DNA of 64,000 nucleotides from Obrimoposthia wandeli (lineage: Eukaryota): the NCBI GenBank assembly GCA_977020255.1, contig CDROCS010000253.1, forward strand, positions 3,286,001 to 3,350,000, read 5' to 3'. The notes under the pieces are model-generated. The model was not told the origin of the DNA. It ran no database searches and saw nothing but the letters and a program-made list of their open reading frames with translations. Below, in pieces: positions 9,470-18,732 of the stretch. Numbering within the stretch: position 1 is the first letter of the stretch; the number at the start of each line of letters is the position of its first letter. Position numbers and translations under genes: made by a program.

Positions 9470-10675
9470 TTGGCTCATTTGTCAGATAAAAATATAGGAA
9501 TACAGATGTTAAATTTTAACTTTCAAAACCCAACGCATATTCATTTTGGGGTAGGACAAATTGCAGCTATTTCAAAAGAAATCCCACTAAACGCACGAGT
9601 ATTAGTTGTTTATGGCGGTGGCTCAATTAAAAGCAATGGCGTATATCAACAAGTGATTGATGCCCTTGGTAAACATACTTGGTTTGAGTTTTCGGGTATT
9701 GAGCCAAACCCAACCTATGATACGTTGATGAAAGCTCAAGATATTATCAAAGTAAAAAATATTGATTACTTACTTGCCGTTGGTGGTGGCTCTGTTATTG
9801 ATGGTGCTAAATTTATTGCTGCAGCCGCGTTGTATGAGGGTAACGGTGAAGGAAATGATCCATGGGACATTCTTGCTAAACAGCAAGCGTTCACAAAAGC
9901 ATTACCTATTGGCGCGATATTAACCTTGCCTGCAACGGGCTCTGAAAGTAATGGTAACGCGGTGGTAACACGATATGGTAATAAACTACCTTTTAAGAGT
10001 CCTTTGGTTCGTCCATTATTTGCCGTGTTAGACCCTAGTGTGACTTTGTCATTATCGGATCGTCAAATAGGTAATGGCGTTGTTGATGCGTTTATTCATA
10101 CAATTGAACAGTACTTAACCTACAGTGTTAATGGCAAGGTGCAAGACCGCTTCAGTGAAGGGTTATTGCAAACCTTAATTGAAGAAGGTCCAAAAGCGTT
10201 ATTGCCTGAGACTAAAGAAAACTTAGACGTTAGATCCAATATAATGTGGTCGGCAACAATGGCATTAAATGGTCTTATTGGAGCAGGTGTACCACAAGAC
10301 TGGTCAACTCATATGATAGGTCATGAACTTACCGGTGCTTTTGGTATTGATCACGCACGTACTTTATCTATTGTATTGCCTGCGTTAATGAAAGTACGTA
10401 AAGAGCAAAAACGTGAAAAATTACTACAATATGCAACACGTGTATGGCAGATAACCGAAGGAGATGACGATGCGCGTATTGACCAAGCTATTCGTTTAAC
10501 TGAAGCGTTTTTCGAAAAAATGCAGGTACCAACACGCTTATCTGACGTAGATCTTGATAGTAAAGATATCGAGTTATTGATTGAACGATTACAGCAACAT
10601 GGTCTGACGGCACTTGGCGAACAAGGTGATATAACCTTAGAAATAAGCCGCGAGATATTAACGCTAGCATTGTAA
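9470..10675 (+). CDS. yqhD: YqhD-like NADPH-dependent iron-containing aldehyde reductase (likely start ATG 9506)
   Basis: MLNFNFQNPTHIHFG, YGGGSIK, AVGGGSVIDG, TLPATGSE, and DWSTHMIGHELT…DHARTL. Confidence 0.9.
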   Translation: MAHLSDKNIGIQMLNFNFQNPTHIHFGVGQIAAISKEIPLNARVLVVYGGGSIKSNGVYQQVIDALGKHTWFEFSGIEPNPTYDTLMKAQDIIKVKNIDYLLAVGGGSVIDGAKFIAAAALYEGNGEGNDPWDILAKQQAFTKALPIGAILTLPATGSESNGNAVVTRYGNKLPFKSPLVRPLFAVLDPSVTLSLSDRQIGNGVVDAFIHTIEQYLTYSVNGKVQDRFSEGLLQTLIEEGPKALLPETKENLDVRSNIMWSATMALNGLIGAGVPQDWSTHMIGHELTGAFGIDHARTLSIVLPALMKVRKEQKREKLLQYATRVWQITEGDDDARIDQAIRLTEAFFEKMQVPTRLSDVDLDSKDIELLIERLQQHGLTALGEQGDITLEISREILTLAL

Positions 10676-10797
10676 TCATAAGAGAAGTAAAAATGGTGTG
10701 CTAAAATTTATCATGCCGACTTTTTTAATCGCCCTGCAATTTTCTTAATCACGCGGCAATGTAGCTCTCTAGACTAACCTCCCACATTAACTCTTTT

Positions 10798-11856
10798 TTG
10801 ATAGGAATAAACATGACTCAAACAACAGGTATAAATCGTCAAATGGTTTTGGCATCAAGACCTTTTGGCGCGCCAACAGCTGAAAACTTTAACCTTGTAA
10901 GTAGCGAAAAACCAATACCTAAAGCAGGTGAAGTATTACTTCGTACCATTTTTCTTTCGCTCGACCCTTATATGCGCGGGCGAATGAATGATGCTAAATC
11001 TTATGCTGAACCTGTTGCGTTGAATGACGTAATGGTCGGTGGCAGTGTTTGTCGAGTAGAAGAGTCAAACCATAGTGATTATGAGAAAGGTGATTGGGTT
11101 GTCGCTTTTGGAGGTTGGCAAGATTACAGCGTTATCAATGGCAGTGAATTACTTAAACTAGATAAGAATATGGCTAACCCGTCGCAGGCTTTAGGTGTAT
11201 TAGGCATGCCAGGATTAACGGCTTATATGGGCTTGCTTGATATTGGTCAGCCAAAAGCTGGCGAAACGGTAGTTGTTGCTGCCGCTACAGGCGCTGTCGG
11301 TAGTTTAGTTGGTCAAATAGCTAAATTAAAAGGCTGTAAAGTGGTCGGTATTGCTGGTGGCGAGACCAAATGTAAATATGCGGTTGAAACCTTAGGGTTT
11401 GATTATTGTTTAGATCATAAAAGTGATGATTTAGCAGAGCAATTAGCGGCAGTTTGCTCATCAGGCATTGATGTGTATTTTGAAAATGTTGGTGGTAAAG
11501 TATTTGACGCTGTTATGCCATTACTAAATAGCTGTGCACGTATTCCTTTATGTGGATTAATTTCTCAGTACAACGCCACGGAATTACCGAGTGGACCTGA
11601 CAGACTGTCTTTATTAATGGGTACATTATTGGTTAAGCGCATAAAAATGCAGGGTTTCATTGTGTTTGATGATTATGGCCACCGTTACCCAGAATTTAGT
11701 CAACAAATGACATCATGGTTAATGGCCGGCGAGATAAAGCATAAAGAGCATAGGGTTGAAGGTCTTGAAAATACGGTAAATGCTTTTATCGGCTTATTGA
11801 AAGGTGAAAACTTCGGGAAGTTAGTTGTGCGTGTAGGGCCAGATAATATCTCATAA
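10798..11856 (+). CDS. curA: CurA/PTGR-like NADP-dependent alkenal reductase (likely start ATG 10813)
   Basis: LSLDPYMRGRM, LGMPGLTAY, AAATGAVGS, CGLISQYN, and GENFGKLVV. Confidence 0.9.
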   Translation: MIGINMTQTTGINRQMVLASRPFGAPTAENFNLVSSEKPIPKAGEVLLRTIFLSLDPYMRGRMNDAKSYAEPVALNDVMVGGSVCRVEESNHSDYEKGDWVVAFGGWQDYSVINGSELLKLDKNMANPSQALGVLGMPGLTAYMGLLDIGQPKAGETVVVAAATGAVGSLVGQIAKLKGCKVVGIAGGETKCKYAVETLGFDYCLDHKSDDLAEQLAAVCSSGIDVYFENVGGKVFDAVMPLLNSCARIPLCGLISQYNATELPSGPDRLSLLMGTLLVKRIKMQGFIVFDDYGHRYPEFSQQMTSWLMAGEIKHKEHRVEGLENTVNAFIGLLKGENFGKLVVRVGPDNIS

Positions 11857-11957
11857 AAATGTTGGAAAGCGATGATATGATAACAGTACATCATCGTTTT
11901 TCTATTTTGTTCAAACTAGCTGCTTTAGCGTTTGATGTTGAATACATTTAAATTTTA

Positions 11958-13064
11958 ATGAGTATATCTATGAGTAACCTATTTTCCCCCCTAAAATTGG
12001 GCGAGTTAGTCCTAACAAATCGCGTTATTATTGCGCCTATGTGTCAGTATTCAGCAGAAGATGGAGCGGCAACCGATTGGCATACCATTCACTTGGGAAG
12101 AATGGCTTTGTCTGGAGCAGGCATGCTCATTTTGGAAGCCACAGCGGTTAATCCGCGAGGCCGTATTAGCTATGGTGATCTCGGTTTATGGGATGACAGA
12201 ACAGAACGTGCCTTAGCTAAGTCGTTGTCAGCAGTACGCAAGTATTCATCCATGCCTATCGGCATCCAACTGGCTCATGCCGGACGTAAAGCCTCTACTC
12301 AAAAGCCATGGGATGGTGGTCAGGTTATTGCGCCAGACCAAATCAATGGCTGGGTAACTATCGCCCCTTCAGCGTTGCCATTTGATAACGATGGACCTAT
12401 CCCAGACGCCGCGACACTTGAAGAGATTGACGGCATTGTTAACGATTTTATCGAATCCGCCAAACGGGCTGAGCGCCTGGGTATCAACGCCATTGAATTG
12501 CATGCGGCTCATGGTTATTTATTGCACCAGTTTTTATCGCCAATAGCTAACCAGCGCAGTGATCAGTACGGGGGCAGTCTTGAAAACCGCATGCGCTTGC
12601 TGCTCGAGATTGTTGACGGGGTAAAAGCGGCCGTATCCGATCAAATGACATTAGGGGTACGCATTTCTGCTACTGATTGGGTTGCAGATGGTTGGGACTT
12701 GGATGAAAGTCGGACTCTGGCAACGGTACTGCAGGCAAGAGGATGTCAGTTTATTCATGTTAGTACTGCAGGTTTAAGTCCATTACAAGAGATACCTGTC
12801 GCGCCAGGATTCCAAGTACCTTTCGCAACGGCCATTAAACAGGTTGTGGAAATTCCGGTTATTGCGGTAGGACTTATCACTGACGCTCAAGAGGCTGAGG
12901 ATATTATTGCTTCTGATCAGGCTGATGCCGTTGCCCTAGCCAGAGCTATTTTGTACAGTCCTCATTGGGTTTGGCATGCAGCAGCTGAGTTGGGAGAACA
13001 AGTTACTGCGCCTCCTCAGTATTTACGCTCGTCTCCTCATGGGACACCTTCACCGATAAAATAA
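11958..13064 (+). CDS. NADH:flavin oxidoreductase (Old Yellow Enzyme, NamA/XenA-like)
   Basis: APMCQYSA, QLAHAGRKAS, HAAHGYLLHQFLSP, YGGSLENR. Visibly more GC-rich than its neighbours. Confidence 0.92.
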   Translation: MSISMSNLFSPLKLGELVLTNRVIIAPMCQYSAEDGAATDWHTIHLGRMALSGAGMLILEATAVNPRGRISYGDLGLWDDRTERALAKSLSAVRKYSSMPIGIQLAHAGRKASTQKPWDGGQVIAPDQINGWVTIAPSALPFDNDGPIPDAATLEEIDGIVNDFIESAKRAERLGINAIELHAAHGYLLHQFLSPIANQRSDQYGGSLENRMRLLLEIVDGVKAAVSDQMTLGVRISATDWVADGWDLDESRTLATVLQARGCQFIHVSTAGLSPLQEIPVAPGFQVPFATAIKQVVEIPVIAVGLITDAQEAEDIIASDQADAVALARAILYSPHWVWHAAAELGEQVTAPPQYLRSSPHGTPSPIK

Positions 13065-13076
13065 TTTTAATTTATA

Positions 13077-13228
13077 CTAGGATCTGTTGATCTTTCGAGA
13101 TTATTTTTACCCCAATAACTCACTTGATAGCGACTCGGTAAAGCAAACTTTACCGCTTCATCAAGATCTGTACTTGTCATGATATGCTTGCCGACAGTGG
13201 TTACTTGGGCAATGAAGCGCTACGCTTA
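13077..13228 (+). mobile_element. Possible IS remnant: a lone IR-like end plus a transposase-like peptide
   Basis: CTAG|GATCTGTTGATCTTTCGAG looks like an IS5-type end. MLADSGYLGNEALRL at 13184-13228 resembles the ADxGY motif of DDE transposases. No partner end was found. Confidence 0.3.
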
Positions 13229-13235
13229 ATTTGTG

Positions 13236-14204
13236 CTACGAACAAAAATCACCATCAAGGATATCCAACAACCACCTATGTAATGGATTATTCTCTGAAC
13301 GTTTATGCCAAGCAACAATAACATCAAAGCTAGGTGGGCTTTCTTCCATTTCAATGGCAATCAACCTGTCGTCTGGTAATAATCTAGCCGGCAGGAAAGC
13401 AATAGTATTTGTTACCTCTATTATGCTCGATGCTGAGGAAAAGCTTGGCAGAGACATTACAATATTCCTTTTCAGATCTTGTTTTGCAAACCAGGAATCA
13501 TGTGATCCCTTTAGGTTAGGTCTAGAGGGTGAAATAACGATTTGTGGCAGCTGCGCTATTTCTTTCAGACTGTATTTCTTATCACGATATATTGAGTTTT
13601 TACCCGTCACACAAACATGGTGATCTTCAAATAAGCGCATATAGGGGTAATTTTCTGGAATAAACTCAGGGAAGGTAAAAACGAGATCAAGCTCGCCCGT
13701 CACCATTAGCTGATTTAAATTGTCAGATTCGAAATCTCTAATGATTACTTTCAAGTTAGGGGCTTGTTTATTCACTTGTTTCAGTAACATTGGCAAAATA
13801 GTGACTAAGGCATAATCCGAAGCACTTATCTGTAAAACCCCCGAAAGTTCAGCGGGATTAAATTTCTCACCCGCGATTAAATTGTCAATTTTTGAAAGTA
13901 TATGATTGACTTTATGCTCCATTTTTTCCGCAGCATGGGTTGGGATCACGCCATTACTGGTTCTGATAAACATTTCATCGTCAAAAGTATTTCTTAGTTT
14001 TTTCAGTTGTTCACTAATCGCTTGTTGAGTTAAACCCATTACATTTGCCACTTTAGACAAATTTCTTTCCTGTAGTAACAACTGAAGAACACGCAGTTGT
14101 TTTATATCAAGCCTATTGATACCACTAATAATTGTATCCTTAACAAGTTTATATTGTTTTTGTTTGTATTGAATAGAGTTTAGCATACCTCCCATCAAAG
14201 TCAT
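13236..14204 (-). CDS. LysR-family regulator (NodD/MexT-like); the true start is probably downstream of the ORF call
   Basis: RLDIKQLRVLQLLLQERNLSKVANVMGLTQQAISEQLKKLR…FDDEMFIR. An ACAA-N7-TTGT box at 14143-14157 lies inside the called 5' extension. Confidence 0.92.
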   Translation of the reverse strand: MTLMGGMLNSIQYKQKQYKLVKDTIISGINRLDIKQLRVLQLLLQERNLSKVANVMGLTQQAISEQLKKLRNTFDDEMFIRTSNGVIPTHAAEKMEHKVNHILSKIDNLIAGEKFNPAELSGVLQISASDYALVTILPMLLKQVNKQAPNLKVIIRDFESDNLNQLMVTGELDLVFTFPEFIPENYPYMRLFEDHHVCVTGKNSIYRDKKYSLKEIAQLPQIVISPSRPNLKGSHDSWFAKQDLKRNIVMSLPSFSSASSIIEVTNTIAFLPARLLPDDRLIAIEMEESPPSFDVIVAWHKRSENNPLHRWLLDILDGDFCS

Positions 14205-14238
14205 TCGTTACAGTATTTCGCAGATAGGAGCCATTATT

Positions 14239-15066
14239 TTGTTGGATAGACCAGAGCAAACACAGTCATCAATTAAAGCTGAAATTAGTTATATAAAGTC
14301 AAATACTAGCGCCGCTTTTGATTTATCAACCACAGTGAAAAGTGCAACTAAGCTAACGGAACATGTTGATACTCGGCTCGTTGAAATAATGAATGCTCGT
14401 TTACTGAGTCAAACCCCATCACTTAATAGTGACGGCTTTGGCTTAGCTAAAAATGGCTATGTTGTTTCAAACTATTTTGACGATAACGTTGTTCAAACTG
14501 AATTGTATCCACAAATCATAAAACATCTCTTGAATGAAACAAATGCCAGCCAAGGCCTTGTTTTTGATCATACGATTCGCTCGGTTGAAGATAATTTAAC
14601 GCGTAAAGAAAAGCGCTCTCCAATTCATACGGTACATAACGATTACGTTGTTAGTTCGGCAGAAAACCGTCTTAGTATCGAGCTGAAAAAAAATGGTCTT
14701 AATCCGCATAATTATAAAAAATTTCAATTTATAAATACTTGGATCCCTTTAGTTGATGAAGTACTCGATAGTCCTTTAGCATTTGGGGATGTTAGAACAT
14801 TTCAACCGGAACAATCCCAAAAACTACAAGTGGCTTACCCTGACCGTATCGGAGAAATAGAGGCGTTTACTTATAACGAAAATAATCGTTGGTATTTTTA
14901 TCCTCGAATGACATCGCAAGAACAGCTTAATTTTAAAGTCTTTGATAGCGACATAAATAACGTGATTTCAAGGGCTCCTCATAGTGCATTTTCATTGCCT
15001 ATGAGTCATGAAAAATCACTAGCACGGATAAGTATTGAAGTGAGAAGTATTGTGCTATTCGACTAA
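14239..15066 (+). CDS. CmcJ/NvfI-family 2OG-Fe(II)-type oxidoreductase
   Basis: FDHTIRS, VHNDY (HxD), INTWIPL, SPLAFGD, RWYFYPRMT, PHSAF (distal His), SIEVR. RBS GGAG sits 8 nt before the TTG. Confidence 0.75.
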   Translation: MLDRPEQTQSSIKAEISYIKSNTSAAFDLSTTVKSATKLTEHVDTRLVEIMNARLLSQTPSLNSDGFGLAKNGYVVSNYFDDNVVQTELYPQIIKHLLNETNASQGLVFDHTIRSVEDNLTRKEKRSPIHTVHNDYVVSSAENRLSIELKKNGLNPHNYKKFQFINTWIPLVDEVLDSPLAFGDVRTFQPEQSQKLQVAYPDRIGEIEAFTYNENNRWYFYPRMTSQEQLNFKVFDSDINNVISRAPHSAFSLPMSHEKSLARISIEVRSIVLFD

Positions 15067-15216
15067 TTTCAATGAAAAATATTTCAAATGAAGTGCCTAT
15101 GCTCTTCTGATGGTATGAAGAATTAGTTATAACCAAAATAAAACAGTTTGATCTACCTAAATAAATCACCATTTGATTTATTTTAATTTTTAATCATATT
15201 TACGGAAATCAATAAA

Positions 15217-16341
15217 ATGAAATTTTCTCCACTATTTAATGAAACATTATTAGGCCCATACACCTTAAAGAATCGTATTGTTCTGCCACCACTTACACGT
15301 TCAAGAAGTGATCAGCCAGGTAATATTCCTAATCAATTGATGACAGAGTACTATTCACAACGTTCGGGTGCGGGTTTTATGGTGACAGAAGGGACTCAAA
15401 TTGAGCCAAGAGGACAAGGTTACGCATGGACACCCGGAATTCATAGCCCAGAGCAAGTAGCAGGCTGGAAAAATGTGACAAAAGCGGTACATGATGCAGG
15501 TAGTATTATTTTCTGCCAATTGTGGCATGTAGGACGAGTTTCTCACACTTCATTACAACCGGATCAGCAAGCTCCTGTTGGCCCCTCGGCATTAAAGGCA
15601 GATACGGTTAAGGTTTTTATTGAAACAGCCCCAGAAGAAGGCGCTTTGGCAGACCCAAGTGATCCAAGAGCATTATCTACCACAGAGGTTGAACAGCTTG
15701 TACAAATGTATAAACAAGCGGCAATTAATGCCAAAGAAGCAGGTTTTGATGGTGTTGAATTACATTGTGCTAATGGCTACCTTGTTAATCAGTTTATCTC
15801 TGAGCATAGTAATAATAGAACCGATAAGTACGGTGGTAATTTAGTAAATCGTTTACGTTTTCTAAAAGAAATAACTGAAGCTGTTGCGAGTGTTATGGGG
15901 CCAGATAAGGTCGGTGTAAGATTTGCGCCATTATTTGAAAGTACAGATGAAGTTAGAGTGTATTTAGGCTTAGTTGAAAGTAACCCTCATCTCACTTATA
16001 TCGAAGCGATTAAAATTTTAAATGACATAGGCATTGCTTATTTATCACTTGCTGAAGCTGATTGGGATAATGCCCCAGATTTACCTGAAGACTTTTATAA
16101 AGACGTCAGAAAAACCTTTGATGGCTTAATTATGTATGCAGGTAAATATACCCCAGAAAAAGCACTTCGAATATTGACTGAAGGTAATGGTGATATTTTT
16201 GGTTTTGGACGACCATTTATTGCTAATCCGGATTTACCTGAACGAATTAAGCATGAATGGCCATTAAATGAGGTAGACCCAACGAGTATGTATGGCGGAG
16301 GCAACAAAGGCTATACAGATTATCCAGTATACATAAAATAG
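15217..16341 (+). CDS. nemA: Alkene reductase (classical OYE, NemA/XenB-like)
   Basis: LPPLTRSR, QLWHVGRVSH, ELHCANGYLVNQF, and FGRPFIANPDLPER. Confidence 0.9.
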   Translation: MKFSPLFNETLLGPYTLKNRIVLPPLTRSRSDQPGNIPNQLMTEYYSQRSGAGFMVTEGTQIEPRGQGYAWTPGIHSPEQVAGWKNVTKAVHDAGSIIFCQLWHVGRVSHTSLQPDQQAPVGPSALKADTVKVFIETAPEEGALADPSDPRALSTTEVEQLVQMYKQAAINAKEAGFDGVELHCANGYLVNQFISEHSNNRTDKYGGNLVNRLRFLKEITEAVASVMGPDKVGVRFAPLFESTDEVRVYLGLVESNPHLTYIEAIKILNDIGIAYLSLAEADWDNAPDLPEDFYKDVRKTFDGLIMYAGKYTPEKALRILTEGNGDIFGFGRPFIANPDLPERIKHEWPLNEVDPTSMYGGGNKGYTDYPVYIK

Positions 16342-16422
16342 AGAAATAATTAGCCATGGACGGCATTTAATCTTTTCAGTTGCTCTTGACGTTTATTAGC
16401 GGTTGTTAAGGAGTAAATAGTT

Positions 16423-16869
16423 TTACTCCTTCCTAGCCAACCATTTTTCACTTTCTTTTAGTATTGCGTCTGATTTTTCAAGTTGCTCTTTAGTGAATGG
16501 AATATTAGGTCTTTTTTCTAGGCGCTTCACGTCAAGATCATAAATTGGAGTAATGACTGATCCATTTTCAACAGTGTACTTCGAAGACGTTAATATCTTT
16601 GCTTCACCGTAATGAATTGTTTTTACACCGAAAAATATACTAGAATTCAAATAGCCATCACATAAGTCAATATATTCCTCATATGAAAAAACTTCTTTTT
16701 TTTCAATTTGTAAAAAGAATTTATAAATAATTCCATTATAAATATAATTATACAAAGTTTCATATTCGGAATAACTTTTTAGCGGAAGAATAGGAAATCC
16801 TACATTCTTTTCAATTACAATTTTATTGTAGATCGGTACCATTTCATTCTGGAATTGAATGTTGTCCAT
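16423..16869 (-). CDS. Hypothetical low-GC protein (orphan)
   Basis: 148-aa ORF with RBS GAGG just upstream of the ATG. Very AT-rich, no motif recognised. Confidence 0.6.
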   Translation of the reverse strand: MDNIQFQNEMVPIYNKIVIEKNVGFPILPLKSYSEYETLYNYIYNGIIYKFFLQIEKKEVFSYEEYIDLCDGYLNSSIFFGVKTIHYGEAKILTSSKYTVENGSVITPIYDLDVKRLEKRPNIPFTKEQLEKSDAILKESEKWLARKE

Positions 16870-17068
16870 TTTTACCTCACTTGCTTATTGTTCCGTTTCT
16901 TCTTTTGAGCTATAGCTTACGCATGTTTATATGAGCTCTAAAATAAATCGAATTCTGTCGATGTATATACCCGCTCCATTAGTTTTAAAACCGTAATTTT
17001 TCGATAGTGGTAATAGTGACTATTAACTCTATAAAGTGGCCGCGTTCGAGTGAGTTTTATAACTCGCT

Positions 17069-18601
17069 TTACAAGTATTTCTCTATCGGAAAAAATTGTA
17101 AAAACCGTGATTTAATTCGTTCCGATAGGCCAGTTTCTGGCTCCTTTTCCCAGGTTTTGTTACCAGAATACCAACGAATTTCTCCTTCATGTAAGTTCAG
17201 ACGCCAGCTATTATCTTCGTTCATCGCCTGCGCCATATCATCAGCAAGGCTTTCCGAAATACTTTGATTTTCAATCACTAGCAGGGATTCAGTATTGAGG
17301 TAGGTTGAACGTAAGTTGAAGTTAAAAGAACCGATAACCGCTATTTTCCGGTCAAAAACAACAGACTTTGCATGAAGTCCGTAAGCCGTTGTCGGGGCAC
17401 ATTTGGATAAGTCTCTAGTAGATTTTTCACACAGAGTGGTATCTGGTTTCAATTCAAACAACTGAATACCGTTGTCCAGCATGTCACGACGTCGACCTGC
17501 GTAGCCAGAATGATTAGTGACTAGATCATTAGAGGCCATTGAATTGGTCAATGCTTTTATCTGAACGCCATTGCTGGTCAAGTCCTGCAGCGCTGCTAGC
17601 TGACGATCATCAAATATCAGATAGGCAGATTCTAATAGTATTTCTTGATCCGACTTGAGAGCCAACTCGGCCAATAATCTAGCAGTAGCCTTGGGCTTGC
17701 TGGTGTTATCGGTATCGACAGGTACTGGTCGGTCAGAAGCAAACCGTGCTTTAACCCAGACCATCTCATCCATCAAATCCTTTAAGAAACTATTCGCACG
17801 CTTATTTCCTTCTGGTAAAGCGGGGTAATGCTTGTAACGGGGAGCAGCCACCTTATCTAATACGGCTAAATTTGATGTGACTTTATCGGCTAGCAGCTCC
17901 ACAGGGTAAGACCAACGACTGTTCCAATATTCTGTAAAACTAGCTTGGATATCGGTTACCACCGTGCCCATTACCAGTACATCACGGTCACGAAAATTTA
18001 TTTCATCAGAAAGGTCAAAATATTCATCGCCGATATTACGACCGCCAACAATGGACATAACACCGTCGACGGTAAATGACTTATTGTGCATACGACGATT
18101 GAGACGGGAAAAATCACTTAGTACATTTAGCCACTTTGTTAACCCGCGGCGACTTGGGATAGGGTTAAATATGCGGATTTCTATGTGAGGATGAAGATCA
18201 AGTGTTGCTAGCAGATTCTCTCGTTCGTTAAGGTTGATATCATCGAGCATTACACGGACTTTAACCCCGCGATCTGCAGCTGCTATCAAGCGGTTTGCTA
18301 AGTAGTGCCCTGAAGCATCTGCGTTCCAAATGTAATACTGGATATCAATGCTGTGTTCAGCTGTTTCGATTAGTGCCAATCGCTGAGCCAAAGCATCCCA
18401 GCCGCTATTCTGCAACAGAACAGCGCTTGTTGCTTGTTTAGCCTGTTCAGGCCGATAAGTGTCAGTCAATTTAGACAATGTACTGGTTGATGGCATGACT
18501 AGTGCTTCAATCGGATGCTTAATCTCCTCAGGAAGTGATGCACATCCAGTGAGAATGGCGAATAAAAGCATGCTTACACTAAGACGTTGGAGCACAGGCA
18601 T
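17069..18601 (-). CDS. Phospholipase D-family lipoprotein (ClsC/YmdC-like cardiolipin synthase)
   Basis: Lipobox LTGC and two HKD motifs (MHNKSFTVD, LHAKSVVFD) with the GGRNIGDEYF and GSFNFNLRS signatures. Confidence 0.9.
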   Translation of the reverse strand: MPVLQRLSVSMLLFAILTGCASLPEEIKHPIEALVMPSTSTLSKLTDTYRPEQAKQATSAVLLQNSGWDALAQRLALIETAEHSIDIQYYIWNADASGHYLANRLIAAADRGVKVRVMLDDINLNERENLLATLDLHPHIEIRIFNPIPSRRGLTKWLNVLSDFSRLNRRMHNKSFTVDGVMSIVGGRNIGDEYFDLSDEINFRDRDVLVMGTVVTDIQASFTEYWNSRWSYPVELLADKVTSNLAVLDKVAAPRYKHYPALPEGNKRANSFLKDLMDEMVWVKARFASDRPVPVDTDNTSKPKATARLLAELALKSDQEILLESAYLIFDDRQLAALQDLTSNGVQIKALTNSMASNDLVTNHSGYAGRRRDMLDNGIQLFELKPDTTLCEKSTRDLSKCAPTTAYGLHAKSVVFDRKIAVIGSFNFNLRSTYLNTESLLVIENQSISESLADDMAQAMNEDNSWRLNLHEGEIRWYSGNKTWEKEPETGLSERIKSRFLQFFPIEKYL

Positions 18602-18732
18602 TTGTTACATTTCCTTGTTAACGTTGAATAAGCAATTCTGCTCTTGTCTGCCTACAATCTAAAACATAAGCCAGATGAAGAGCATAGGAAGGATAAATGC
18701 ACTTTGTTATTTAAGCAACCATCTTAATGATG

